64,000 nt of DNA from Flavobacteriales bacterium (GTDB taxonomy: Bacteria; Bacteroidota; Bacteroidia; Flavobacteriales_F; PHOS-HE28). Location: positions 17,145 to 81,144 of the forward strand of contig JAEUTC010000043.1 in assembly GCA_016787985.1 (NCBI GenBank), given 5' to 3'. The notes below the pieces were generated by a model. That model saw only the letters and a program-made list of their open reading frames with translations, ran no database searches and was not told the origin of the DNA. Positions 19,469 through 27,271 of the stretch are shown one piece after another; the first letter of the stretch is position 1, and each line of letters starts with the position of its first letter. Made by a program: the position numbers and the translations under genes.

Positions 19469-20101
19469 CTAGAAGTTGAATCCCACATGCAAACCCGGTT
19501 CGCCGAGGATGAACTTGGACCACTTGTCGTCCAGCTGCTTGAAGCCATCCGGTAACCGTGTGTGGTAGGCCCGGTGCGTGATGGCGATGGACGGTTGGAA
19601 GAAGAAACGGTCCTTGAAGAGCTTGATGTGATAGCCGGCCCGGTAGGTGTTGAAGACCTGGAACCCGCCATCGATCTTGTTCCCTTGGTCGTTCACGAAG
19701 TCCTGCAAGGTGGGCATCACGTTCAGCTCGGCATAGAGGCCCTTCCAAAAGAAGCGTTGATAGGAAAGCGAAAGGCCATACTCGCGCACATACCCTGGGA
19801 ATTTCTCTTCCGGCTTTTCGTAGGCATTGTTGAGGAACGGATGTATACCATTGGGCCAGGCATACTTCCAGGTCTTGGGTTCCACGGTGATCACATCCCG
19901 ACCCGTGAGGCGATAGCCGATGTTGAGTTGAAAGAAATCCGGTGGATTGTCGGTGGGCGCCAGGTTACCCACCAGCACGAAAAGGCTGGTTCCCACGAAC
20001 CAGCGCTTGTAGGTGCTGTCCGTTCTCGAGTATTGTGCTTGGAGGTTGAACGAGCTGGTCATCACCAGCGCAAGAATCACGAGTCCGATGTTCTTCTTCA
20101 T
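19469..20101 (-). CDS. Putative outer-membrane beta-barrel protein, paralog 1 (210 aa)
   Basis: MKKNIGLVILALVMTSSFNLQAQ signal peptide, alternating aromatic pattern, and a C-terminal GLHVGFNF. About 45% identical by eye to the neighbouring 205-aa protein. Confidence 0.7.
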   Translation of the reverse strand: MKKNIGLVILALVMTSSFNLQAQYSRTDSTYKRWFVGTSLFVLVGNLAPTDNPPDFFQLNIGYRLTGRDVITVEPKTWKYAWPNGIHPFLNNAYEKPEEKFPGYVREYGLSLSYQRFFWKGLYAELNVMPTLQDFVNDQGNKIDGGFQVFNTYRAGYHIKLFKDRFFFQPSIAITHRAYHTRLPDGFKQLDDKWSKFILGEPGLHVGFNF

Positions 20102-20160
20102 CACTTCTTCTGTTGTTTTCAACGACGGCGCAAAACAAGACCGGCGATGGGCCTCCACTC

Positions 20161-20174
20161 GTTCACTTTGGTGA
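20161..20174. promoter_or_regulatory. Candidate Crp/Fnr-type operator TTCAC-TTTG-GTGAA upstream of paralog 1
   Basis: 5+5 perfect inverted repeat inside a ~57-nt block that is ~80% identical to the block upstream of paralog 2. Its centre lies ~66 nt upstream of the ATG at 20101. Confidence 0.45.
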
Positions 20175-20317
20175 AGGAATGCGCCACACGAACGCCTTTT
20201 TCCGGATGCTCCCGAGCCATGCAGGCATCGCCAGCACGCTCGTGCTACGCAGGACCGCATGGAAAATGAACCGACCCGTTGGTCGAGGATGACAGCCTGT
20301 CTGCCGCCCCTGGTCCT

Positions 20318-20935
20318 CTAGAAATTGAACCCGAAGTGAAGGCCTGGCTGGATGAAGTAGTTGGGCCATCTACTTTCCACGGCCTTGAACACTTCAGGAA
20401 CCTTCGTCCGTACCGGCCAATAGCTACAGCCCATGGCTGGCTCGAAGAAGAACCGGTTCTCCCAGAACCTGAACTGATAACCCAGGTGGAAGTTCAGGTA
20501 CAAGGTGTACCCATTGCCGATCTTCTTTTTGTCCTGATCCATGTATTTCTCGAAGGCGTTCAAGGCATAGATGGAAGTATAGACCCCTTTCCACCAGAAG
20601 CGCTGGTAGCCCACGGTTGGCGCCAGTATGCGCGCATGGCCGGGGTAGTTCAGGCCGGGTGCATCGAATGAGGGACCGAATGGAATACCGATCGGCCACG
20701 CGTAGATGGATCGTTTGAACTCGATCGAGATCACATCCTTCGGGGTTAGCCGATAGCCCACGTTCAACTGGACGTACTCAGGTTTGTTGACCCGATCCAG
20801 ATTCCCGAGCAAGTACAGTGAACTCCCAACGTACCACCGCCGATAGGTGCTGTCCTGCAGGGCAGTTGCAGCGCGGAGTTGGAGCGTGCTGGCCATCAAG
20901 ATCACAAAACCAATGAGAGTGCTTTTCTTCTGCAT
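20318..20935 (-). CDS. Putative outer-membrane beta-barrel protein, paralog 2 (205 aa)
   Basis: MQKKSTLIGFVILMASTLQLRA signal peptide and C-terminal GLHFGFNF. Shared motifs with paralog 1: DSTY(K/R)RW(F/Y)VG(T/S)SL and QLN(I/V)GYRLT. Confidence 0.7.
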   Translation of the reverse strand: MQKKSTLIGFVILMASTLQLRAATALQDSTYRRWYVGSSLYLLGNLDRVNKPEYVQLNVGYRLTPKDVISIEFKRSIYAWPIGIPFGPSFDAPGLNYPGHARILAPTVGYQRFWWKGVYTSIYALNAFEKYMDQDKKKIGNGYTLYLNFHLGYQFRFWENRFFFEPAMGCSYWPVRTKVPEVFKAVESRWPNYFIQPGLHFGFNF

Positions 20936-20992
20936 GCTACCCTACGTGTTGATCGAGGCCGCAAAAGAAGACCGGCGGGTCGCCCCACCGCG

Positions 20993-21006
20993 TTCACTTA
21001 AGTGAA
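20993..21006. promoter_or_regulatory. Candidate Crp/Fnr-type operator TTCAC-TTAA-GTGAA upstream of paralog 2
   Basis: Perfect 14-nt palindrome. It lies between the stop of the Crp/Fnr gene (21014) and the ATG of paralog 2 (20935), with its centre ~64 nt upstream of that ATG. Confidence 0.45.
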
Positions 21007-21013
21007 GGAATGC

Positions 21014-21595
21014 TCAGCCCCTCTCCTTCTCGATGATCCGTGCCCTGAGCCGGCTCAACGATTGGGGGGTGATGCCCAGGAAGCTCGCCAGCTGGTGCTG
21101 TGGCACACGCTGAACGAGGTCCGGACGTGTGCGCAATAGGTTCAAGTACCGCTGTTCGGGTGATGAGGTCTTGAACGCATCGAACTCCACGCGCTCCTTC
21201 GCCAGTAGCTCTTCGGAAAGCACCTTACACAGCGTCTCGAAGCGCGGGAAACGGCTATTCATGTCCACCTCCAGGTCCGCGTCCGAAACGGTCAGGATGG
21301 TGTCTTCCACACAACTGATGGAATACTCGGAGGGCGTTCGGCTCACCACGCACGGTGGTGTCAAGGCCTCCAGCTCGCTATAGAAGGAGGTGGTCCGCTC
21401 CTCGCCATCCACGATGTAGTAGGTGCGGATGCAGCCTTCCAATACGAAGTAGCTGTTCCGCGATCGTTCTCCGGCGTTGAGCAGTATGGTCCCTTTCTTC
21501 ACCGTTCGGAAGATGTCCAAGGAACCGACCACGCTCTTCTCCTCCTCCGTCAAGGTCATGTACTTGGCGATGAAGGCGAAGAGTTTGTTCTGCAT
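21014..21595 (-). CDS. Crp/Fnr family transcriptional regulator
   Basis: 193 aa. A cNMP-binding-like beta-roll (KKGTILLNAGERSRNSYFVLEGCIRTYYIVDGEE) plus a C-terminal HTH (VPQHQLASFLGITPQSLSRLRARI). Confidence 0.9.
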   Translation of the reverse strand: MQNKLFAFIAKYMTLTEEEKSVVGSLDIFRTVKKGTILLNAGERSRNSYFVLEGCIRTYYIVDGEERTTSFYSELEALTPPCVVSRTPSEYSISCVEDTILTVSDADLEVDMNSRFPRFETLCKVLSEELLAKERVEFDAFKTSSPEQRYLNLLRTRPDLVQRVPQHQLASFLGITPQSLSRLRARIIEKERG

Positions 21596-21769
21596 GGATC
21601 ACCGGTCCAGTCTTCGACGGTCATGCGCTACACCCCGCTGATCTTCTTGCGCCACAACCGAACAGACAGCAAAGGTACCGACTCAACACGAGGCGTGCTA
21701 AACGTGGGCTACGGACCTAAGGACCGCAAATCCTGGAACACCTGGCCCCAGGAGAAGGCCGGCACCCGA

Positions 21770-23149
21770 TCACTCCTTCAACTTCACACGCACCTTCTCG
21801 CCATCAGCAGTGATCCGGACCAACGCGTAGTTGCTCACGTTCGCGGGAGAGCCCCAATGCCTCACATCCATCGTCGGCGTAGCGGTGCCCGAACCATCGG
21901 GGTACACGGTAACCGTGTAGCCCCCTGTGGGGGTTTGGGTGGTGTGGGTGTACTTGGTCGCCACGAATTGCACGATCACATGGTATTCACCGGGCTTCAG
22001 GTGCTGGAACGAGAAGCCTCCCCGGTCATCGGTGACCTCGGTGAGCAGGGTCTGTTCCTTCACTTCCAACGGCAGCGGGAAACCTGCGCAGCCGTTGAGC
22101 ACCTGGCCAGCCACGATGGTCGGGGGGAATTTGGTGCGGACGGCGGTGTTGAAGGCCAGCCACTCCTTGAAGTACGGCGTTTGGGGAATGAGCATCACGA
22201 TGCTGCCCTTGGGCGCAAGGATCCTCTTGGGCCGATCCAGCAAGGCCCCGGGCATGCCTTCGTCCGTGGTGTACGCCTGGCCTTCGATGCTGGAATTGCC
22301 CGCGCTGATCATCGCCCGGGCCGCGGCCGCATCGAACGGGGTCACGATGGGGTTGCGGTCGGCTTGCGTATCCATGTAGGTCACGCCGAAGGAGCCGGGG
22401 TCCTTGCTCACGAACAGGATCCTCCGCGACTCCTTCTCGATCACGATCTTGTACGTGTTCGTCGCGGTCAACGTATTACGGAGTTCCACCACGAAGACGT
22501 CCACCACCTCGCCGATGGCACACGACGGCATCTTCATCTCCTGCAAGCTCTCGATCTCCCAGCGCATCACCTTCGTGCGGTAGCCGTCATCGAAGGTCAC
22601 CTGCGGGATCAGGGCCCGGTAGCCCGCCTTCAGGGGCAATAGGCTGACCAGGAACTCCAACGAACTCCCCAGGAAGAACGGCTCTTCGAGGGGTTCATCG
22701 AAATGCTCCTTCTCCCCTGTCCTGTACACCTCGATATCGCCCTTCAATGTCTTGCCGCAGACCAGGTCGTACGAGAAGCCCACCGTCTCGGCCTGCGCAC
22801 GGATGGGCCCGAAGGTGCGGGCGTCCAACACGAGTTTCCGTTTCACCACATCCGCACCCTGCTCCGTATACCGCTCTTCGATCACGATCTCGCCCGCCGT
22901 GCGGCTGATGGTCACGAACCGTTGATCCGGCTTCTGGGGTTCTCCGGAAGCGAATAGACCGCCGGTCGGTCGTTCCCACACGAAACTGCCGGTGTGCAAC
23001 AGCGCCGTGTTGAGGCTGGCACTACCGGGCAGCACGATATCGGGCTTTTGCGCCACCACACGGGTGGGAGCCATGAGCAGTACCGCCATTGCGGTCGAGA
23101 GGGCGAAGGAGACGCGGAACACCATTCCAGCTGATAGCATGTTGATCAT
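21770..23149 (-). CDS. Secreted hypothetical protein with a C-terminal CarboxypepD_reg-like domain
   Basis: Signal peptide ...LLMAPTRVVAQ. The C-terminal VTDDRGGFSFQHLKPGEYHVIVQF pattern is typical of carboxypeptidase-regulatory-like beta-sandwiches. Confidence 0.7.
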   Translation of the reverse strand: MINMLSAGMVFRVSFALSTAMAVLLMAPTRVVAQKPDIVLPGSASLNTALLHTGSFVWERPTGGLFASGEPQKPDQRFVTISRTAGEIVIEERYTEQGADVVKRKLVLDARTFGPIRAQAETVGFSYDLVCGKTLKGDIEVYRTGEKEHFDEPLEEPFFLGSSLEFLVSLLPLKAGYRALIPQVTFDDGYRTKVMRWEIESLQEMKMPSCAIGEVVDVFVVELRNTLTATNTYKIVIEKESRRILFVSKDPGSFGVTYMDTQADRNPIVTPFDAAAARAMISAGNSSIEGQAYTTDEGMPGALLDRPKRILAPKGSIVMLIPQTPYFKEWLAFNTAVRTKFPPTIVAGQVLNGCAGFPLPLEVKEQTLLTEVTDDRGGFSFQHLKPGEYHVIVQFVATKYTHTTQTPTGGYTVTVYPDGSGTATPTMDVRHWGSPANVSNYALVRITADGEKVRVKLKE

Positions 23150-23548
23150 CGTTCATCGATCCAACGGCACACCACCACGGATAAAGGCGGAAACGCCCCT
23201 AAAAGAACCGTGATACGCGTGGGATCATCGCGGCAAGCGGGAGAAGCGCATCAAGACCGGGAGAGGTCGATCCTTCTTCACCTGAACACCTTTGCCGAGC
23301 GGTGCCAAAAGTATGCCAGTGATCCTATCGCCTTTGGGGAACAGGGCTTCCGCGTTGAACCGCCGGTCACAAAGCCGGGACGCGTTCGGCATAGCATGCC
23401 CCGCCGTTGGCGCACAGTACCTGAGTTGAGCGAAGCTGTTCAGCGCCACTCGAAAAGCGTGACAGGATGTTCGAAGAAACCTACTAACCAAAGAAAGACT
23501 GCTCAGACCTTGAAGCTGTTCTAGGACGTGTCACTCGGGCAATCCTAC

Positions 23549-23938
23549 TCATTCTAATCGTGACTTCCATGCACAAGCCCTAGCCCCCGATCTTAAAACG
23601 CGCATTGGCGATGAGCCGTAGATGAGCAGCGGCACCAATACGACTATGCTTAGGATGGTACATTTAGCCAGCTTTTCGCCTGTGCTGTAGGTGGCGCCTT
23701 TGGTCCACAGTAGAACTACGGATGCCAGCCAGAACACCCCGGCACTGCCGCCGGCAGCGAGCAGGTGACCCAAGCCATCCAGGTAGTCATGTGCCAGGGC
23801 TAGTGAAAGACCGAAAGCAAGGAGCGTTCCGCCGAGAAAGGAAGCCACAATGCCCACGAGCACCCCATTGCTCATGGTGGACCGGTGGAGCCACCGGAGA
23901 CAAAGAACCAGCACGGCAACGTTCAGGAGAACGGACAT
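23549..23938 (-). CDS. Hypothetical membrane protein (129 aa, about 4 TM)
   Basis: Four hydrophobic segments. It lies in a region of lower G+C than the surroundings. No family was recognised. Confidence 0.45.
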   Translation of the reverse strand: MSVLLNVAVLVLCLRWLHRSTMSNGVLVGIVASFLGGTLLAFGLSLALAHDYLDGLGHLLAAGGSAGVFWLASVVLLWTKGATYSTGEKLAKCTILSIVVLVPLLIYGSSPMRVLRSGARACAWKSRLE

Positions 23939-24023
23939 CCGCGTTGTTCAAGGTTGGTTCAGCAAGCTCTTCGTAGCCGCTTCGATGAAGCGGGTCTAGT
24001 TCGTTCGCAGCCGTGGTTCGCGG

Positions 24024-24218
24024 TCAGCCCTCCGTCTTCTCCTCCTTCTTCCCCCGCAGGATCAAGAACAGCGAGAGCCCAAAGCCGAACATATAGACCA
24101 AGGCGAGGGGCAGGTGCCGGAAGCGGAGGGTCTCGAAGTCGAACTCCCTGAAGAGGGAGATGCCGATGATGAGGGTGATGACCTGCATCGGGAAGGACGC
24201 GGCGAGGAGCTTCTTCAT
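24024..24218 (-). CDS. Small hypothetical membrane protein (64 aa, 2 TM)
   Basis: MKKLLAASFPMQVITLIIGISLF...LPLALVYMFGFGLSLFLILRGKKEEK: two hydrophobic helices with a charged tail. Confidence 0.4.
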   Translation of the reverse strand: MKKLLAASFPMQVITLIIGISLFREFDFETLRFRHLPLALVYMFGFGLSLFLILRGKKEEKTEG

Positions 24219-24281
24219 GGTGGTGAGACTTAAGCGGTGGGGTCCATCACCCGTTCGCGCACGGGCTGGGCGAGGTTGTCT

Positions 24282-24758
24282 TCAATTATCGTCGGTACAA
24301 CTTCGGCACCGCTTCATGCTGATGATCTCTCCGTTCCTGAACTCAGCCCTGAAGCCGATGCTTCTCTTCCAAAGCAGTCGTTCGTATGTCTTCGCCGCTA
24401 CAAGAACGAAGTCGTATTTGGTGGTGTCAAGTGGAAAATCAATGACTTGGAACTCCACAATGCCAACAGACCCTTTCAAAAATGCCCAACGCTCATAAGC
24501 CCTGGTGCTTTGCGCGATGAATTCGTCAAACTGAGGAATGTAGCGCGCATAGTCCTGCACGAATGCATTTAAACGGTCAAGTTGTGCCTGGTCAACGTTC
24601 TTCTTCGGCGCCCTGAAATAGACGTCACAAGAGATCGTTTGATGAGGGAATGGCCAAGTGAAATGATAGTTCTCCCTACCAGACCAACTTCGAACGAATG
24701 AGAGGTCATTCCTAACCTGCTCAAGGTTCATAAGTGGAGGTGAGAATTGCTCCATCAC
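24282..24758 (-). CDS. Hypothetical cytoplasmic protein (158 aa)
   Basis: Clean ORF in a lower-GC patch (about 47% by rough count). No signal peptide or TM segment and no motif recognised. Confidence 0.6.
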   Translation of the reverse strand: MMEQFSPPLMNLEQVRNDLSFVRSWSGRENYHFTWPFPHQTISCDVYFRAPKKNVDQAQLDRLNAFVQDYARYIPQFDEFIAQSTRAYERWAFLKGSVGIVEFQVIDFPLDTTKYDFVLVAAKTYERLLWKRSIGFRAEFRNGEIISMKRCRSCTDDN

Positions 24759-24815
24759 AGTTCGCTAGATGGGACTAAAGTCTGGTTACCTAGTTGGAGG
24801 GTCAATACTCGTTGG

Positions 24816-25391
24816 TCATTCCATCACCCGCTCGCGCACGGGCTGGGCGGGGTTGCCTTGGTAGATGGTGTAGGGCTCCAGGTCCTTGGTGGCCACGCTT
24901 CCGGCGGCCAACACACTGTGGCTCTTGAGGGTGACGCCCAGGGTGACGATGGCCCCCGCTCCCACCCAGCTGCCATCTTCCAACACCACCGGCTTGGTGT
25001 AGGTGGGGTAATCCACCTTCTTGTAATCGTGGCTACCCTGGATGATCATGGCGCCCTGGCTGATCACCACGTTGTTGCCGATGGTGAGGGTATCGAGGTT
25101 ATCCAACCAGGCACGCTGACCGATCCAGCTGTGGTGGCCGATGCTGAGCTTCCACGGGAACTTGATGTTCACGCTGGGGTGGATGACCACACCTTGCCCC
25201 ACGTGCGCGCCGAACAGCCGCAGCAGACCGGGTTTCGGCGAGCGGAACGGGAAGGCCGGGTTCTGGAAGATGAGGGCGTTGACGAAGAACCACAAGGTGC
25301 GTTTGAACACACCGGCGCCGGGGTGGAAGGTCTTCGAGTTATCGAAGCGGCTGAGGTCTACCTGGGGGCGTGCGGTCATGGTTTTGGCCAT
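24816..25391 (-). CDS. WcaF-like hexapeptide-repeat acetyltransferase (exopolysaccharide modification)
   Basis: LWFFVNALIFQNPAFPFRSPKPGLLRLFGAHVG.GVVIHPSVNIKFPWKLSIGHHSWIG...VVISQGAMI closely follows the WcaF / left-handed beta-helix pattern. Confidence 0.9.
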   Translation of the reverse strand: MAKTMTARPQVDLSRFDNSKTFHPGAGVFKRTLWFFVNALIFQNPAFPFRSPKPGLLRLFGAHVGQGVVIHPSVNIKFPWKLSIGHHSWIGQRAWLDNLDTLTIGNNVVISQGAMIIQGSHDYKKVDYPTYTKPVVLEDGSWVGAGAIVTLGVTLKSHSVLAAGSVATKDLEPYTIYQGNPAQPVRERVME

Positions 25392-25639
25392 CCTTCCAAG
25401 AGTATCACATTCACATCACCATCCAAGACCCTGAAGTCCTTATCGGCCGTTAGCAGTGGCACATCCTTGCGCAACGCCGTTGCTGCGATGATGGCGTCAA
25501 CGACCGCCATGTTGTGCTTCCTTCGAATGCCGATGGCCAGGTCTGGCAACCCTGGTCCATATTCAAGGGAACTAGTGCCGACCACGACGCATAGCTTTCT
25601 GTTGTACCACGGGATCACCTTCAAAAGGGATCGTCCCAA
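25376..25639 (-). pseudogene. N-terminally truncated PIN-domain (VapC-like) toxin remnant
   Basis: Only the C-terminal half of a PIN domain is present: LEYGPGL..LAIGIRRKHNMAVVDAIIAATALRKDVPLLTADKDFRVL. The N-terminal ~60-70 aa, which carry the first catalytic acidic residues, are absent. The PIN-like frame begins right at the stop of the upstream antitoxin-like ORF. Confidence 0.5.
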
Positions 25640-25742
25640 CGAAGCGCGAGACGCTGGCCCCCTTGCGCTGTTTCCGGGCCAACCGCTTCAATGCAGCGGT
25701 AAGTTGGCCCTTCAGCAGTTCTCCTTCGCGCAGTACTATCAT
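25572..25742 (-). CDS. Small antitoxin-like ORF (56 aa, below the ORF-track cutoff)
   Basis: My own translation gives MIVLREGELLKGQLTAALKRLARKQRKGASVSRFVGTIPFEGDPVVQQKAMRRGRH. The tail (F.G....GDPV..Q...R.GR) resembles C-termini of VapB/DUF2281-type antitoxins. There is an in-frame TGA 6 codons upstream of the ATG. Confidence 0.4.
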   Translation of the reverse strand: MIVLREGELLKGQLTAALKRLARKQRKGASVSRFVGTIPFEGDPVVQQKAMRRGRH

Positions 25743-26128
25743 GATCGTGATCGGTAGTCTTCAAAGATACCGGTTCCTTGACATCCAAGCCAGCAAGGAG
25801 GGCCTCACCGCGTTGCGTCGGATGCGCGGTATCACACAAGGACTGGACCTGCGCCTTGCCACAACAGGCTGCGGAACTGTGTGTCGGGATCTGCAACACA
25901 CTGTTGTTAGCCACTACCAGAAGAAAGAGCGCGAAGCGCCAGGCAAAGCTCGCCATGCGAGCGATTCCTCTGCGTTCTCTGCGCCTCTGCGTGAGGAAGC
26001 GAGGGACGCTCTCAAGCCCAACCCATCCATGCCCAAGAACTTGCATCGCTTTTGCCGGTCGAAAGGCACTGCGCGGCCCTCTCACACTTCCTTTGCCGCA
26101 AAGCGCGCACGTTATCGCCAACGAACAG

Positions 26129-27271
26129 TCATGGCGCGAACATCCGGAAACTGCGCTCCACCGGAGCGGGATCGTTCAAATATCTGGTTCCCATGGCGTA
26201 GGCACCACGGGCCAGTGCATCGTAGGCGGCTTGGTCCATGTCCACGGCGGTCTGTAAGGCACGCTCGAAAGCGGTCTCGTCGGTGAGGGGCAGGTCCCAG
26301 CCGGCTTGTTGCGCTGCGAGGTCCTTCCACGGTGTGCGGTCGCTGATGAGCAGGGGCCTACCGGCGGTAAGGGCCTCCAGCATGGTATGCCCGAAATTCT
26401 CACCCACGCTGGGCATGTAGAGGAAGTGGGCATCGGCGAGGGCTACGGCCACTTGATCGTTGGGCAACTGGCCACGCCACTCCACCACCACGCTGCTGGG
26501 TAACTGGGCGATGGCCTGCTGGCATTCGGCCCAATAGTCCTGATCGTAGATGGTGCCGTACAATTCGTAGCGGATGCGACCCTTCAAGCGCGTGAGGCGT
26601 TCGATGGCGAAAAGCGTATTCTTCTCTTCCGCGATGCGCGCGAGGCTGATGAGGCGGAGTTCGCCGGCGCATTTCTGCACGGGCAGCGGTTCCTGTTCCG
26701 GCGTTTTGCGCGCGAGGTTCTGCACCAGGTGGATGCGGGTGGCCTTGCCGATCCAGCGTTGGATATCGGCCACCTCTTCGGCGTTGGTGGCCTGGAATTC
26801 CACGCCCTTGAAACAGCCGAGCACCTTCATGCCGAAGAGGAAGAGGCGTTTCTTCAGGCGGCTTTGCTGCATAGGTCCGGCGGCGAGCATGCCACGCACG
26901 GCCACGATGCGCCGCGTGTCGCTGCCGCGCAATAGCCACAGCGGCACGATGGTGGACCATACCGAGAACAACCCGTTGATGTAGACCACATCCCACTGTT
27001 CCTGGTGGATGAGCCGTTGCCACACCTGGCGTGTGCGTTGCGCGGGCGAGGCGTGGTAGACCTGTTCGCCAGCGTCGGCGGTGGTCCACTGGTCGGTGGG
27101 CACCTGCGCTTCGTTGGTGGTGGCGGTGTAGTCGCGGTCGCCGGTGACGATGTGGAAGTGAACGCGGGTGCCGAGGTGCTCCACGAGGTTCACCATGCTG
27201 CGCACGGGACCACCGGCCTTGAAGTACGGTTTGTACCAATCGATGAAGGCGAGTACCCGTGGTGTGCTCAC
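26129..27271 (-). CDS. Glycosyltransferase family 4 (GT-B)
   Basis: C-terminal FLYMPSVGENFGHTMLEALTAGRPLLISD, the E-x7-E type GT4 motif. Confidence 0.85.
   Translation of the reverse strand: MSTPRVLAFIDWYKPYFKAGGPVRSMVNLVEHLGTRVHFHIVTGDRDYTATTNEAQVPTDQWTTADAGEQVYHASPAQRTRQVWQRLIHQEQWDVVYINGLFSVWSTIVPLWLLRGSDTRRIVAVRGMLAAGPMQQSRLKKRLFLFGMKVLGCFKGVEFQATNAEEVADIQRWIGKATRIHLVQNLARKTPEQEPLPVQKCAGELRLISLARIAEEKNTLFAIERLTRLKGRIRYELYGTIYDQDYWAECQQAIAQLPSSVVVEWRGQLPNDQVAVALADAHFLYMPSVGENFGHTMLEALTAGRPLLISDRTPWKDLAAQQAGWDLPLTDETAFERALQTAVDMDQAAYDALARGAYAMGTRYLNDPAPVERSFRMFAP

Noticed and set aside
21623-22642. 339-aa plus-strand ORF
   Set aside because: It is antisense to the 459-aa secreted protein gene and has shadow composition.
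23210-23524. 104-aa plus and 88-aa minus ORFs in the non-coding part of the lower-GC islet
   Set aside because: They overlap each other on opposite strands, and neither has a motif or a plausible start. They may be pseudogene debris, which BLASTX could reveal.
24747-25757. 336-aa plus-strand ORF
   Set aside because: It is antisense to the WcaF-like acetyltransferase and the TA remnant and has shadow composition.
25621-26121. 166-aa minus-strand ORF in the gap between the GT4 gene and the TA remnant
   Set aside because: It reads through the CTCTGCG repeats (QRRRERRG peptide) and overlaps the antitoxin-like ORF out of frame. An internal MASFAWRFALFLLVV segment looks signal-like, but I could not support a real gene.
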